Below are positions 39,799-49,826 of a stretch of DNA of 64,000 nt, in pieces. Below the pieces are notes generated by a model. That model saw only the letters and a list, made by a program, of their open reading frames with translations. It made no database searches and was not told where the DNA came from. The DNA lies in NCBI GenBank assembly GCA_949296965.1, contig CASFQL010000018.1, positions 81,413 through 145,412 on the forward strand, given 5' to 3'. Each line of letters starts with the position of its first letter. The first letter of the stretch is position 1. The position numbers were made by a program, and so were the translations under genes. Origin of the DNA: an uncultured Christensenella sp. GTDB taxonomy: Bacteria; Bacillota; Clostridia; Christensenellales; UBA1242.

Positions 39799-39890
39799 AA
39801 ATTATGTGCCAAAAGTTTTACTTTTGTATGAAGTTTTGTTATTCAAAACTTCATTGTAAAAATTTGAAAAATTTTTACAGCACATAATTT
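39799..39890 (+). repeat. four-way-junction intergenic element, copy D
   Basis: P1 AAATTATGTGC (39799-809) / GCACATAATTT (39880-90), perfect. P2 CAAAAGT-ttt-ACTTTTG (39810-26). P3 ATGAAGTTTTG-ttatt-CAAAACTTCAT (39828-54). P4 GTAAAAATTT-gaa-AAATTTTTAC (39856-78). Confidence 0.8.
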
Positions 39891-40104
39891 TTTCTTAATT
39901 ATATTTTAACAATTAATAAGCACTTTTATTCACTATATTAATTATAAAAAAATACCTAAGTGTGTTTTATTATATTAAGGTATAAACTACAAAATTCTAC
40001 ATTTTTTTTAAAACTTAAAATCAAAATATCTTTACTTTTTACTAGTAATATAATTTTTTATTAAGCCTTTTTAAAAGAATTTTTAAAAAATATCAAGTAG
40101 AGTA

Positions 40105-40189
40105 TTTTTACTCTCATAGAAAAGACTTTTAACACTAACCATTTCAGTGTAAGTAAGTCCAGCATTAGAATTAGCACAAAGTATTATAA
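40105..40189 (-). pseudogene. relic of a dus paralog (codons ~28-56 only)
   Basis: About 85 bp aligning without gaps to 41641-41725 of the intact dus gene at roughly 85% identity. It translates to LCANSNAGLTYTEMVSVKSLFYESKN against Dus LCAYFKAGLTYTEMVSVKGLFYKSKK. Stops close the frame on both sides. Confidence 0.65.
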
Positions 40190-40384
40190 CTTAACTAAAT
40201 AATTTATAAAAAAATACTATTTATAAAAAATTATAAGTATAAAGAATAATAATTTTTAACAATAATACAAAAAGAACTTTTTCTTTTTTTAAAGTTTAAT
40301 TTATTTCTCTAATTAAATTAAAGATACCTTAACTTTTTTTATTATTTTATTTATATAATTCACATAATAAAGTCATTTAATATT

Positions 40385-40813
40385 TTAAAGGCTTGAAATA
40401 AAAATTATTTTATTTTTAAATTTTCTCTTTGTATATACCAAATCACTAAACAACTCAAAATTATCTAGGCAAATAAATAAATCTGTTTTCCTTACATTAA
40501 AATTACTTTTATTAGAATAGGCATCAAAATAAAATAAAATGCAAATTTTCTTTTCATTTATATTAAATTCGGCTGTTTTTTTAGAAAAACTCTCTCCAAA
40601 AATAGAAATAATCTTGCCATTATAAATTAACACAGCATTCAACTGCCTTCTATAAAAATTACTGTTATAGAAAGTTAAAATTACATACTTATCCTTAAAC
40701 TTTTTACACTCCTCTAAATTTTTATAATATGCTTTTGACAAAAAAAGCGGAGTATCTTTATTAAAAGGAATTAGTGCAAGATTTTTATCAACCAACCAAA
40801 TTAAATTTTTCAT
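40385..40813 (-). CDS. hypothetical protein (orphan ORF between dus and the dus relic)
   Basis: 142-aa ORF with no Shine-Dalgarno upstream of the ATG. No family recognised; only a vague C-N hydrolase-like pattern. May not be expressed. Confidence 0.35.
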   Translation of the reverse strand: MKNLIWLVDKNLALIPFNKDTPLFLSKAYYKNLEECKKFKDKYVILTFYNSNFYRRQLNAVLIYNGKIISIFGESFSKKTAEFNINEKKICILFYFDAYSNKSNFNVRKTDLFICLDNFELFSDLVYTKRKFKNKIIFISSL

Positions 40814-40883
40814 CTAAAACATAATATGCACTAGGCAAGTATTTGTTAAATAAAGTAATTTGTCAGTTGATGAAATTTAATTT

Positions 40884-41798
40884 TTAAAACAAAGCATCTT
40901 CAATTTCTTTTAATGTTGAAGCAAACGCAATCTTTTTTCTTTTTTCAACTGCATTAGGGGCTTTACCAACATATCCAAAAGCGTGTCGTTTAAAGGTTTT
41001 TACTATATAATCTTCATCAAAATATTTTTTTAAAATTTCCAAATGTTTTTTAGCGATGTCTTTTTTAGTAAGGGAAATATTAACTTTCTGCAAAGTCGAA
41101 AAAATTTCAGGGTTACCAATGCTACCTCTACCTATCATAACGCCATCACACCCACTTTTTAGCATATGCTCATATGAACATATATCTACTATATTTCCAT
41201 TAGCAATTACAGGAATATTAACGCTATCCTTGACTTTTTGTATATCAGAAATATCAATTTCCCCACTATACCCTTGCTCCTTAGTTCTTGGGTGAACAGT
41301 AATAGCACTAGCCCCCGCACTTTCACACATTTTGGCAAATTCAACTAACACATCATCATCTTTATTAAAGCCTTTTCTAAACTTAACTGTAATTGGTTTT
41401 GTTGTTGATTTAACGCAAGTTGAAATAATTTTTCTAGCAAGTTCAATATCTTTTAAAAGAGCACTTCCGTCATTATTTTTTACAATTTTTGGAGCAGGAC
41501 AACCCATGTTTATATCAATTATATCAAACTTATCTAATATTCCACTTTTTAAAACACTTTCAAAAATTTCTGGCTCATGCCCAAATAATTGAACAGCACA
41601 AGGGCTTTCCCCTTCAAAAGTTTGAAGTAATTGTAAAGTTTTTTTACTCTTATAAAAAAGGCCTTTAACACTAACCATTTCAGTATAAGTAAGACCAGCC
41701 TTAAAATAAGCACAAAGTTCTCTAAATGCAACATCAGTAACCCCAGCAAGTGGAGCCAAAAAAATATTATTTTTTGTTTCAATATTTTTTATTTTCAT
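40884..41798 (-). CDS. dus: tRNA-dihydrouridine synthase (DusB-like)
   Basis: 304 aa. LAPLAGVTDVAFR, DINMGCPAPKIV and HPRTKEQGYSG motifs. Confidence 0.9.
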   Translation of the reverse strand: MKIKNIETKNNIFLAPLAGVTDVAFRELCAYFKAGLTYTEMVSVKGLFYKSKKTLQLLQTFEGESPCAVQLFGHEPEIFESVLKSGILDKFDIIDINMGCPAPKIVKNNDGSALLKDIELARKIISTCVKSTTKPITVKFRKGFNKDDDVLVEFAKMCESAGASAITVHPRTKEQGYSGEIDISDIQKVKDSVNIPVIANGNIVDICSYEHMLKSGCDGVMIGRGSIGNPEIFSTLQKVNISLTKKDIAKKHLEILKKYFDEDYIVKTFKRHAFGYVGKAPNAVEKRKKIAFASTLKEIEDALF

Positions 41799-42024
41799 AT
41801 GAGCATTTTACCATTTGTGTAAGTTAAATACAATTATTTTTTTTACCTTTTACTCTAATTTATTGAAAACAATACTATTAAAGAATTATCTATCTATAAT
41901 AAAAAATATAATTTTCACTTTTAAAAAACTACAAATATTTTTACACAATAAGTTTAAGATAAAACTTTTTTATCTAGTTAAAGAGTTATAGGAAATTAGT
42001 TTAAATTAAAAAATCATAAACATA

Positions 42025-43611
42025 TCAGTTTAAGGTTACTGAATTTTTTCTATTAAAAAGTTCGAATGCTTCTTGTTTAGTAAATATTTTAAATACGAAA
42101 ATACCTATAACATATAATAAAATACTAATTCCAAAGGAAATCAAAACACTCGCCATAAAAGACATAAAAATGTTAAGAGTTTTGTAAGTTAAAAAGTTAA
42201 TTAAGCAAATAAACATTGCAAGTATTAATGGTAAAACGAAACCTTTTTTAAATGAAGAACTGAAATTAAGTTGTTTTTTAAGATAAATTAAATTTATAAA
42301 TGCAGAGATAAAATAACAAACTGAATTTGATATAATTGCCCCTATAATATTAATGTAAGGATTATTGATAAGAATAACTTCAATGATAACTTTAAAAATC
42401 AAACTAATTGACAAACTAATAACGGGAATATACATTCTATCTAGGGCTTGAAGAAGTGAAGTTGTGACTTGAAGTAGTGTCAAATAAAAAATATTCATAC
42501 TTGAAATCATAAGAAGCGAGCAGGCTAAATTAAATTCATAAAGACTTTCAAATGCCCCCGAATAGAAAACTCTAAGAATAATAGGAGAAAAGATAGAAAA
42601 AATAAAAACACTTGGCAGAGTGATTAAAATAACGAGTTTAAATGTTAATTGGACTTTAACTTGAATACTTTTGTAGTCTAACATAGATAGAAAATAAGAA
42701 ATATATGGTATAACCGCCATACAAATAGAAAGAGCAAGTGTAGTAGGGAGCGAAATAAGAGTTGAAATAATACCCGAACTAATACCTAAAAGTCCCGTTG
42801 CAAAAAAACTTTCAAAGCCCATATATTTAAGTAAATTAATAATTAGGAAACTATCTATGACAAGTAATAAAGGAAGAATAGTAGAACTTATTGAAAAAGG
42901 AATTGTCAATTTATAAATTTGGCTAATTAGTTGTTTTTTTGAAAAATTTATTTGAGTTTTTTCAAAGAATTTTTTATTTTTCTTTTTATATATAAGAAAA
43001 TAAATAATAAAACAAACACAAGTTATTATTTCGGCAACTAATATCCCTAAAAAAGCCCCAAAAGTGCCATAAACTGTGCCAATTTTACTTAAAATCGTTG
43101 CAAAAGTAAAACCAAGTGATAACTTAAAAAGTTGTTCTACTATTTGTGTTATACTTGAAGGTATCATATTTTTCAAGCCTTGAAAGAACCCTTTTAGCAC
43201 ACTATTAATACCCACAAAAACAATAGCAGGCGAAATAACTAAATAACAAATATACGCACTTGGATACCCTTGCAAACTAGCAATTATTTTTGAAAAAGCA
43301 CCCAATACTACACAAATAATTACACTAATAAAAATTTGTAATAATAGAGAATAAGTTAGAGTTTTATATGCTAAAAAATTATTTTTATTTGCCACATAAC
43401 TAGAAACTTTTTTTGACACAGCAAGAGTAAACCCAGAAGAAACAAAGGCAAGGAAAAATGTATATAGAGGAAAAACGATATAATAAATTCCCATTCCTTG
43501 CGTTCCAAGAACATTAGCAAGCGGTATTTTATAAATAGCACCTAAAATCTTACATATAATTGCACTTAGACTTAGAATTAATGTTCCAAATAAAAATGAC
43601 TGTTTTTTCAT
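42025..43611 (-). CDS. MOP-superfamily polysaccharide/lipid II flippase (SpoVB/YabM-like)
   Basis: 528 aa with about 14 TM helices. Directly downstream of spoVT, as yabM is in Bacillus. Confidence 0.8.
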   Translation of the reverse strand: MKKQSFLFGTLILSLSAIICKILGAIYKIPLANVLGTQGMGIYYIVFPLYTFFLAFVSSGFTLAVSKKVSSYVANKNNFLAYKTLTYSLLLQIFISVIICVVLGAFSKIIASLQGYPSAYICYLVISPAIVFVGINSVLKGFFQGLKNMIPSSITQIVEQLFKLSLGFTFATILSKIGTVYGTFGAFLGILVAEIITCVCFIIYFLIYKKKNKKFFEKTQINFSKKQLISQIYKLTIPFSISSTILPLLLVIDSFLIINLLKYMGFESFFATGLLGISSGIISTLISLPTTLALSICMAVIPYISYFLSMLDYKSIQVKVQLTFKLVILITLPSVFIFSIFSPIILRVFYSGAFESLYEFNLACSLLMISSMNIFYLTLLQVTTSLLQALDRMYIPVISLSISLIFKVIIEVILINNPYINIIGAIISNSVCYFISAFINLIYLKKQLNFSSSFKKGFVLPLILAMFICLINFLTYKTLNIFMSFMASVLISFGISILLYVIGIFVFKIFTKQEAFELFNRKNSVTLN

Positions 43612-43613
43612 AA

Positions 43614-44117
43614 CTAAAACCTAAGCAAACTACTCAAAAAATCACATAACAATTTCATAGAAGAAAGTGGACATTCATCAAGTTTATCATTTGCAAGAAG
43701 AATTAAAAATCCACAATCAAAACCTTCACTTTTTATTTTAAAAATATAAGAATACAAATAAGTATCATCTTGATTTTCAATAATTTTCTTTTCAGTAAAG
43801 TAAACATCTTCCCTACTTTTTATATTGATAAGTTTGTCTATGTAATCTTTTTTACTAACGCCTTTACAAAGAATAACTTTCTCATCATCACACATTAAAC
43901 AAGGCAAATTATAATTTTGATAGATAATATCTAAGAAACTTTCTGCAAAACTTGAAATATTATTTAACTCTGAGAACTTTTTTAATGTAATCTCTCCACT
44001 ATCATTTATAAAAATTTCAATAGAACTGCCAGTTTTAATGTTCAAAACTCTACGCATCTCTTTTGGTATAACCACCCTACCTAATTCGTCAACTTTTCTA
44101 ACCATTCCGCAACTCAT
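43614..44117 (-). CDS. spoVT: AbrB-family transcriptional regulator SpoVT-like
   Basis: 167 aa. N-terminal SpoVT/AbrB swapped-hairpin domain VRKVDELGRVVIPKEMRRVLNIKTGSSIEIF plus a C-terminal GAF-like half. Confidence 0.8.
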   Translation of the reverse strand: MSCGMVRKVDELGRVVIPKEMRRVLNIKTGSSIEIFINDSGEITLKKFSELNNISSFAESFLDIIYQNYNLPCLMCDDEKVILCKGVSKKDYIDKLINIKSREDVYFTEKKIIENQDDTYLYSYIFKIKSEGFDCGFLILLANDKLDECPLSSMKLLCDFLSSLLRF

Positions 44118-44443
44118 ATTTATCTCCTTAAAATAATTGTATGATAAATATAGTTTAAGTAAAAGTTAAAAAGTTAAACATAAAATTTTAAATATTTTTA
44201 ACAATTAAACATTTTAAACTTTTCATAAAGAAACATAAAAAAATAAAAGTATGATTAAATTTAATTAATCTAAACTCTAAAATAAAACTAAAAAGATGTA
44301 TTGTCAAAAAAAATAAAACTCATTGTAAATTAAAAATATTTGTTTAAAAACTTTTTATTTTTCACTATAAATCTGATCTAATATTTATACTTTTTAAACT
44401 TTCAATTTTTATTAAATAACTGAAAATATTTTTTAATTTTCAC

Positions 44444-44471
44444 AAAAAAGAGTTAGTATAAAACTAACTCT
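44444..44471 (-). terminator. intrinsic terminator overlapping the stop of the 251-aa gene
   Basis: Minus strand: AGAGTTAGT-tttat-ACTAACTCT followed by TTTTT. The TAG stop (44470-72) is inside the 5' arm. Confidence 0.6.
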
Positions 44472-45225
44472 AATCTTCATCTAAATCAATATCTTCAATA
44501 TCCAACTTAGTAAAATCATCGTAATATGATTTGATCTTAGCACTTTTTAAGATAGTCGTTCCTTTCCCATTATTTTTAGATGTTTCAGTTTCTGCTTGTT
44601 CTATTCCTTCTGGGATTTGCTTAGCAAGTAATTCAATTGCCTTATCTACACACCTATCCCTAAATCTATCAAAAAAGACTCTTACACGATGTTCATCAGT
44701 ATCTTCTTCTATCAAATCTTTTTTAGACATATCAATAGGATTAAGGTTTAAGTCTCTATATAGGAAATCACAAATATACTGACTTAAAAACCAAAAATAA
44801 TTATCCAATGTTAAACTGTTAAACTCAATTATTTGTGGCCACCTTGAACTCTCCATAATTTTAAAAATTGCTGGATTAATGAAGGCTCTCATTCTATGAG
44901 GAGCGAGTTTACTACCATTCTTTGCTGCAATAATATTCCACTCAATAGACCTTTTATAGTTTATAGGAAAGAAATCAGAAAACCCTCTTTTGTAAATATA
45001 GCCCATATAATCTTGCGATGGGATATGCCCAGCACATGCATAAGCACAAACTTCTTCAATTCTTTTTAAAATAGTTTCTTTATATAAATCATTATCACTT
45101 CGCACACTATCTGGCAAAGATGGTAACCACGAACGAATTTTTAAAAATAGTTTTTGTTGGTCTTCAAAACTAATTCTATCAAAATCTTCTTTATTATAAT
45201 ATTTTTTATTATCAAATAAGTTCAT
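44470..45225 (-). CDS. hypothetical cytoplasmic protein with acidic C-terminal tail
   Basis: 251 aa. AAGGA RBS. 16 nt downstream of the giant ORF. One Sel1/TPR-like stretch (DYMGYIYKRGFSDFFPINYKRSIEWNIIAAKNGS). Ends DIEDIDLDED. Confidence 0.6.
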   Translation of the reverse strand: MNLFDNKKYYNKEDFDRISFEDQQKLFLKIRSWLPSLPDSVRSDNDLYKETILKRIEEVCAYACAGHIPSQDYMGYIYKRGFSDFFPINYKRSIEWNIIAAKNGSKLAPHRMRAFINPAIFKIMESSRWPQIIEFNSLTLDNYFWFLSQYICDFLYRDLNLNPIDMSKKDLIEEDTDEHRVRVFFDRFRDRCVDKAIELLAKQIPEGIEQAETETSKNNGKGTTILKSAKIKSYYDDFTKLDIEDIDLDED

Positions 45226-45241
45226 AATTAAATCCTTTTAC

Positions 45242-48200
45242 CTATTTGTTATTTATCTCAATTTGGATAGGAATGTCAAACGATAAAATATAATTTTCAT
45301 TAATATTATCAGTTTTACATACATACTTAAATGAAATTACTGTATCATAAAATCCAGCGGATAAAGTTTCATTAGATTGTTTTATAGTAAGGACAAGGAA
45401 AGATGCTTCTGTTGAACCAGAATTAAAATAAGTTTGGTCAAATTCAAAACTATCAGCAGAGTAAAGTTTTGTATCATTTAGTCCGATTTGAACTTGCACA
45501 TTGTTTCTTAGGAAAACAAAAGTATCTTCAAACCCTAAACTGATATTGCTTCCTGTTTTGTATGATGAATTTTTAAAAGTTAAACTAAGATTTTTCTCAA
45601 TAGAAATGGTTTTTGTAAAGTAAATAAAATCTTCGTAAACTCCATCCCTATTATTATCAAAATAGAAAGTAATAGTTACTAAAATTTCTTTATCAAAATT
45701 TAGATCATAAGAATAAATTCTTAGACTACTTAAATTAGTAACAACTGCCCTCATATGTTGTGAGGCTAAAACCGAAGAATTTTTATCAACATCTTCAAAA
45801 ACAACTGTAATCGAATGAATAGCATTTGAAGCATTTTTATCTATTAAATAAGCATTTAGGTTATCTGAAAAACTAATAGTTCCCTTAGATTTTGAAAACC
45901 CATAATTTTCCCCGTTTCCAGCAACCATAGAATTTTGAGCCTCACTACTCCCCAAAATCAAATCTCCATTTGACCATTTTGAAGTAACAGAAATTTCATA
46001 GGTAAATACTTTCGTTTGTTGAACTAACCCGCTTTCACTATCTAATGTATTAAGAATTAAATTAATTTTATATTTACTTTCTTCCATACAATTATAGAAA
46101 GTAAAAGTATTGTCCGAATTTATAACAACGAGGGAATTACTACCTGTTGCTAACTGCATACTATAAGTAACAAGCCCTGCCTCAACAGCATCCGTTCCCC
46201 CTTGTGTTTGCCCTTTATAGCGTATTGTAGCAAAGGCATTATTAGTTGAAGGGGCTTCAAAATTAAGTTTAGCGACATCAATAGTGAATGCACTAGCAAT
46301 CGTTTTAGTGTAACTTTGTTTATAATCGGTTCCATCATAAATTAGAATTATATTAGAAGTGCTATCATTCCCATAGTAAAATCTAAATTCTATTTGTTCA
46401 TCGCCCGCGAAATCACCTAGCACATTAATGGTGGAATAATTACTTGAAATAGATACAATACTGCCAAGTGTAGAGTTAGTCAAATACTTTACACTCATAT
46501 TAAAAACTTGTGAATAATCTAAAGATGTTTCCATACCAGAAATCTCAAAACTAAACAAGCCATTAGAACCAAAGATAGGAATTGTTGTATCATTTATACC
46601 ATTAAAGTCATTAGTATTAGATTTTATTGTAAAATTAAGTCCAAATACTCTAAAATAAAAATCATATCCATTTCTAACGCCTTCATTGATAACTTTTGTA
46701 AACACACCTTTTTCACTATCCCAATAATATCTAATAATTGAATCATATTCGTTACTACCAGAAGCGATATCAGTATCAATATATAATTTTAATTTAAATA
46801 AAACACCACTTTCATAAAAAGGTATATTCTTAAAGGTAAATTCGCCCTTTGTCAAATTTCTAAGATTTGTAAAATAAGCAAAATCAGAAGGCTTTTGAAG
46901 GTCATAATCTCCAACTAAACTAATCTCATATTTTGCAAAATTTGAAGCAATCAAAACATCTTTTGCATTAGTATAAAAACCATAATTTAATTCATCTAGC
47001 ATCTTAGTTCTGCTTGATAAAACACTCCAATAAAATTCGCCATCTTGGACAGTTGCGTTCAAAACAAGTGGGTTATCTTGTGTTCCGTATTGACTTTGAT
47101 CTTGGTAAGAAATAAATGCACTAGTTAGAACTAAGTCGTTAATTTTGAGTTGTAAACTATCCCTTTCTTCGTCGCCTTCAAAAATAAAATCGCCAACTAA
47201 ATTGCTATTTTCTTCCATATCAATAAATAGTTCTAAGTTAAATAAGTTTTCAATTTCAGTATTTATGGAAAGAGTATAAACAGAACTAATTTTATAAGGT
47301 AATTTAAAACCTACCAAAGAATTATTAGCATCGAAAACAGGCTCAAAGTCCATAAATTGAATACTATTTTTGTTAATTTCTTGTGCCATTTCAAGTGTCA
47401 AATTAGGAATTTTAGAAAAATCAATAGAACTAAAATCTTGGTTAAAGTTAATATTTAATAAATCTTTCTCAATATAAATTTGTAAAACATCAAGTTGACT
47501 TGCAGTAGTTGTAATAAAAAGGTATTTTACATCGCTATTATTTTCATTATAACTCAAATCATTAGTAAACATTGAATAATTTCCGCTAGTATTATCATAA
47601 CTATAAATCTTAAAATTATCTAGTTGCTTGTAAACATAAACATTAACATTACTATAAACACCCAAATCATACATTTGATTGTTATAATAATGAATTAACC
47701 TAGCAGTTATGACAAATTCTCCCAATCCATCAAGGACATAAGTTGAATTCTCATCTAAAATGTGTAAATATTTATCCCCATCTATTACTACGAACTCAAA
47801 ATCTACTTTATAATTAAGTCCGTTAATAGTAAGATATGGTAAGTTATCCATATTGCTTAAAAGATAAAAAACAACACTGCTTTCCAAAACTTGTTGAGAA
47901 GAACCATTAATTGAAATATTAAAAATAGGCTGATTAGATGGAATATTTTTAGTAATATTTATCTTATCTACTTCAACATAAATTATTTGATTTTCTTCAA
48001 ATGTAATATTTTCAATGTTTGTTGTTGCAATTCCAGCACTATCATATTTAATTTCACCTTCAATACTACCTTGGGTGATAGTAATTGTAGAATTAGCAAG
48101 ACTATACCAATCACCATTTTGAGTAATACTCATAACCCCCGCTTTATCAGGCACAAAAGAAAATTTTATTTTATAATCGCCCTTTGTTGAAGGAATTGTT

Positions 48201-49723
48201 GAGATTTGGTTATTATTAAAAGGTATAAAGAAGCCCAAAGTATTTATAGTTGCATTGCTACCATTTTCGTAAATAAATCTAAAATTAGAATTATCTAACT
48301 TTAAAGACTCACCACTTTTTCTAATAAACTTATCTTCCCCACTTGAATATGTAGGCGATACCGATTGTATTTTATGTATAGCAGGGACTAAATTAATAGT
48401 TTGTTCATAAGATTTTTCTCCGTCATCATATTTAACTATTAATTTAACTTTATTTTCATTTGTTTTAGAGTTTTCATATTGATAGTATTTATCAAAATCG
48501 TTAAAGTTAATTTCTAAATACCACTCGGACTTGTCATTTGATATACTATCACAATCTACATTTATAAAATTCCCACTTGTTCCGTCAATTTTAAATAACT
48601 GACAAGTAACTCCATCTTCAACCCCTATAAAGATATTGTTTTTAAGTAAATAATCATCTACTACACCACCGCCATTGTTAATCAAATTAATGCCAAGGTT
48701 AATATTGTTTTCTGAAACGACTTGTGGATTATTTAAATAAAGCCTAATTTTTTCATTGTAATATAAATTGTATTCTTGGTCGGTTACAGTAATATTGTCT
48801 ACATCATAATCACTAACCAAAAAATCTCCTTTACCGCTTGTAACTACACTAGAATTATCTTGAACATTTCCAATACTCACATCTTGTTGAGATTGATAGG
48901 TCTTACAAACATAGACATTAATTGTTGCAACCTCTGCAATATTTTTTGATTTAACTTTAATATCTTTTGTAAAAACAAACGGAAAAGAGCCGTCAGTTGT
49001 AGGAACATATTTATACTCAACTTCAAGAATTGTAGAAGAAACTCCGTTAACTTCAAAACAAGCAAAATTTGAATTCTGATTATTATTTTCATCTACAATC
49101 TCTAAAAAGATTTTTTTGTCCTGTAAAGCATTAAAAATACTATCTTTACTTGAGTCTAAGTTTAAATCACTTTTTGTAACATATGGGAAAAGCGAATTTA
49201 AAGGCTCAATATTAAAAACTTCATTTAATTTTTGATTAGCACTAGCAAGGACAAACTCTTGGTTTTTTTCTATTTTATTTTGACTAATATTAAGAGAGAT
49301 ACTAGAAACAGGAACATCAATTAAAATTTTACATTCAGCAACTACACTTTGATCTGTGCCTTGACCATCATATCTAGCATATAAATTTACAACTCCGCCA
49401 ATGTTGTTGCCTTCATTATTTTTAAGCGGACTAATGAAAAAAGGTTCTCCAATATTAGCATACTCTGGGAAATTAATAATGCCTTCGTCCCCCCTAGCGA
49501 CTTCAAGTTTTAGAGTCTTTTGTGTAACATTTTCAGTAGATGTTTCAATTTGCAAAGAAACAGCATTACTTGCTATTATTTCAGGGCTAGTAAAACTAAT
49601 ACTTTCTGCATAAACGATATCACCTTTAAAGCCTGTAAAAAGATATAGTCCTCCAATAAGAAGACCAACAACCCCAATAACAGACAATAAAGACAAGAAA
49701 ATAATTTTTAAAATTCCCTTCAT
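45242..49723 (-). CDS. giant (1493-aa) membrane-anchored N/S/Y/I-rich protein, function unknown
   Basis: Uninterrupted 4.5-kb ORF. GGAG RBS. A single N-terminal hydrophobic anchor (ILKIIFLSLLSVIGVVGLLIGGLYLF). The remainder is polar and beta-rich in character. No LPXTG, no obvious internal repeats and no motif I can name. Confidence 0.75.
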   Translation of the reverse strand: MKGILKIIFLSLLSVIGVVGLLIGGLYLFTGFKGDIVYAESISFTSPEIIASNAVSLQIETSTENVTQKTLKLEVARGDEGIINFPEYANIGEPFFISPLKNNEGNNIGGVVNLYARYDGQGTDQSVVAECKILIDVPVSSISLNISQNKIEKNQEFVLASANQKLNEVFNIEPLNSLFPYVTKSDLNLDSSKDSIFNALQDKKIFLEIVDENNNQNSNFACFEVNGVSSTILEVEYKYVPTTDGSFPFVFTKDIKVKSKNIAEVATINVYVCKTYQSQQDVSIGNVQDNSSVVTSGKGDFLVSDYDVDNITVTDQEYNLYYNEKIRLYLNNPQVVSENNINLGINLINNGGGVVDDYLLKNNIFIGVEDGVTCQLFKIDGTSGNFINVDCDSISNDKSEWYLEINFNDFDKYYQYENSKTNENKVKLIVKYDDGEKSYEQTINLVPAIHKIQSVSPTYSSGEDKFIRKSGESLKLDNSNFRFIYENGSNATINTLGFFIPFNNNQISTIPSTKGDYKIKFSFVPDKAGVMSITQNGDWYSLANSTITITQGSIEGEIKYDSAGIATTNIENITFEENQIIYVEVDKINITKNIPSNQPIFNISINGSSQQVLESSVVFYLLSNMDNLPYLTINGLNYKVDFEFVVIDGDKYLHILDENSTYVLDGLGEFVITARLIHYYNNQMYDLGVYSNVNVYVYKQLDNFKIYSYDNTSGNYSMFTNDLSYNENNSDVKYLFITTTASQLDVLQIYIEKDLLNINFNQDFSSIDFSKIPNLTLEMAQEINKNSIQFMDFEPVFDANNSLVGFKLPYKISSVYTLSINTEIENLFNLELFIDMEENSNLVGDFIFEGDEERDSLQLKINDLVLTSAFISYQDQSQYGTQDNPLVLNATVQDGEFYWSVLSSRTKMLDELNYGFYTNAKDVLIASNFAKYEISLVGDYDLQKPSDFAYFTNLRNLTKGEFTFKNIPFYESGVLFKLKLYIDTDIASGSNEYDSIIRYYWDSEKGVFTKVINEGVRNGYDFYFRVFGLNFTIKSNTNDFNGINDTTIPIFGSNGLFSFEISGMETSLDYSQVFNMSVKYLTNSTLGSIVSISSNYSTINVLGDFAGDEQIEFRFYYGNDSTSNIILIYDGTDYKQSYTKTIASAFTIDVAKLNFEAPSTNNAFATIRYKGQTQGGTDAVEAGLVTYSMQLATGSNSLVVINSDNTFTFYNCMEESKYKINLILNTLDSESGLVQQTKVFTYEISVTSKWSNGDLILGSSEAQNSMVAGNGENYGFSKSKGTISFSDNLNAYLIDKNASNAIHSITVVFEDVDKNSSVLASQHMRAVVTNLSSLRIYSYDLNFDKEILVTITFYFDNNRDGVYEDFIYFTKTISIEKNLSLTFKNSSYKTGSNISLGFEDTFVFLRNNVQVQIGLNDTKLYSADSFEFDQTYFNSGSTEASFLVLTIKQSNETLSAGFYDTVISFKYVCKTDNINENYILSFDIPIQIEINNK

Positions 49724-49826
49724 ACTTTCTCCCTAGTAATTATGCACATATATACATATATTATTTTGTTTAATAAGGCCCATAATATTCGTAACAAGCA
49801 ATGACAAGCATTATAAATATATAGTA

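Noticed and set aside
41709-41719. GCACAAAGTTC inside dus is identical to the 3' arm of element C, and a similar GCACAAAGTA occurs in the dus relic
   Set aside because: It lies within a conserved coding segment (ELCAYF) with no partner arm or hairpins. Most likely coincidence. I noted it only because element D lies near the relic.
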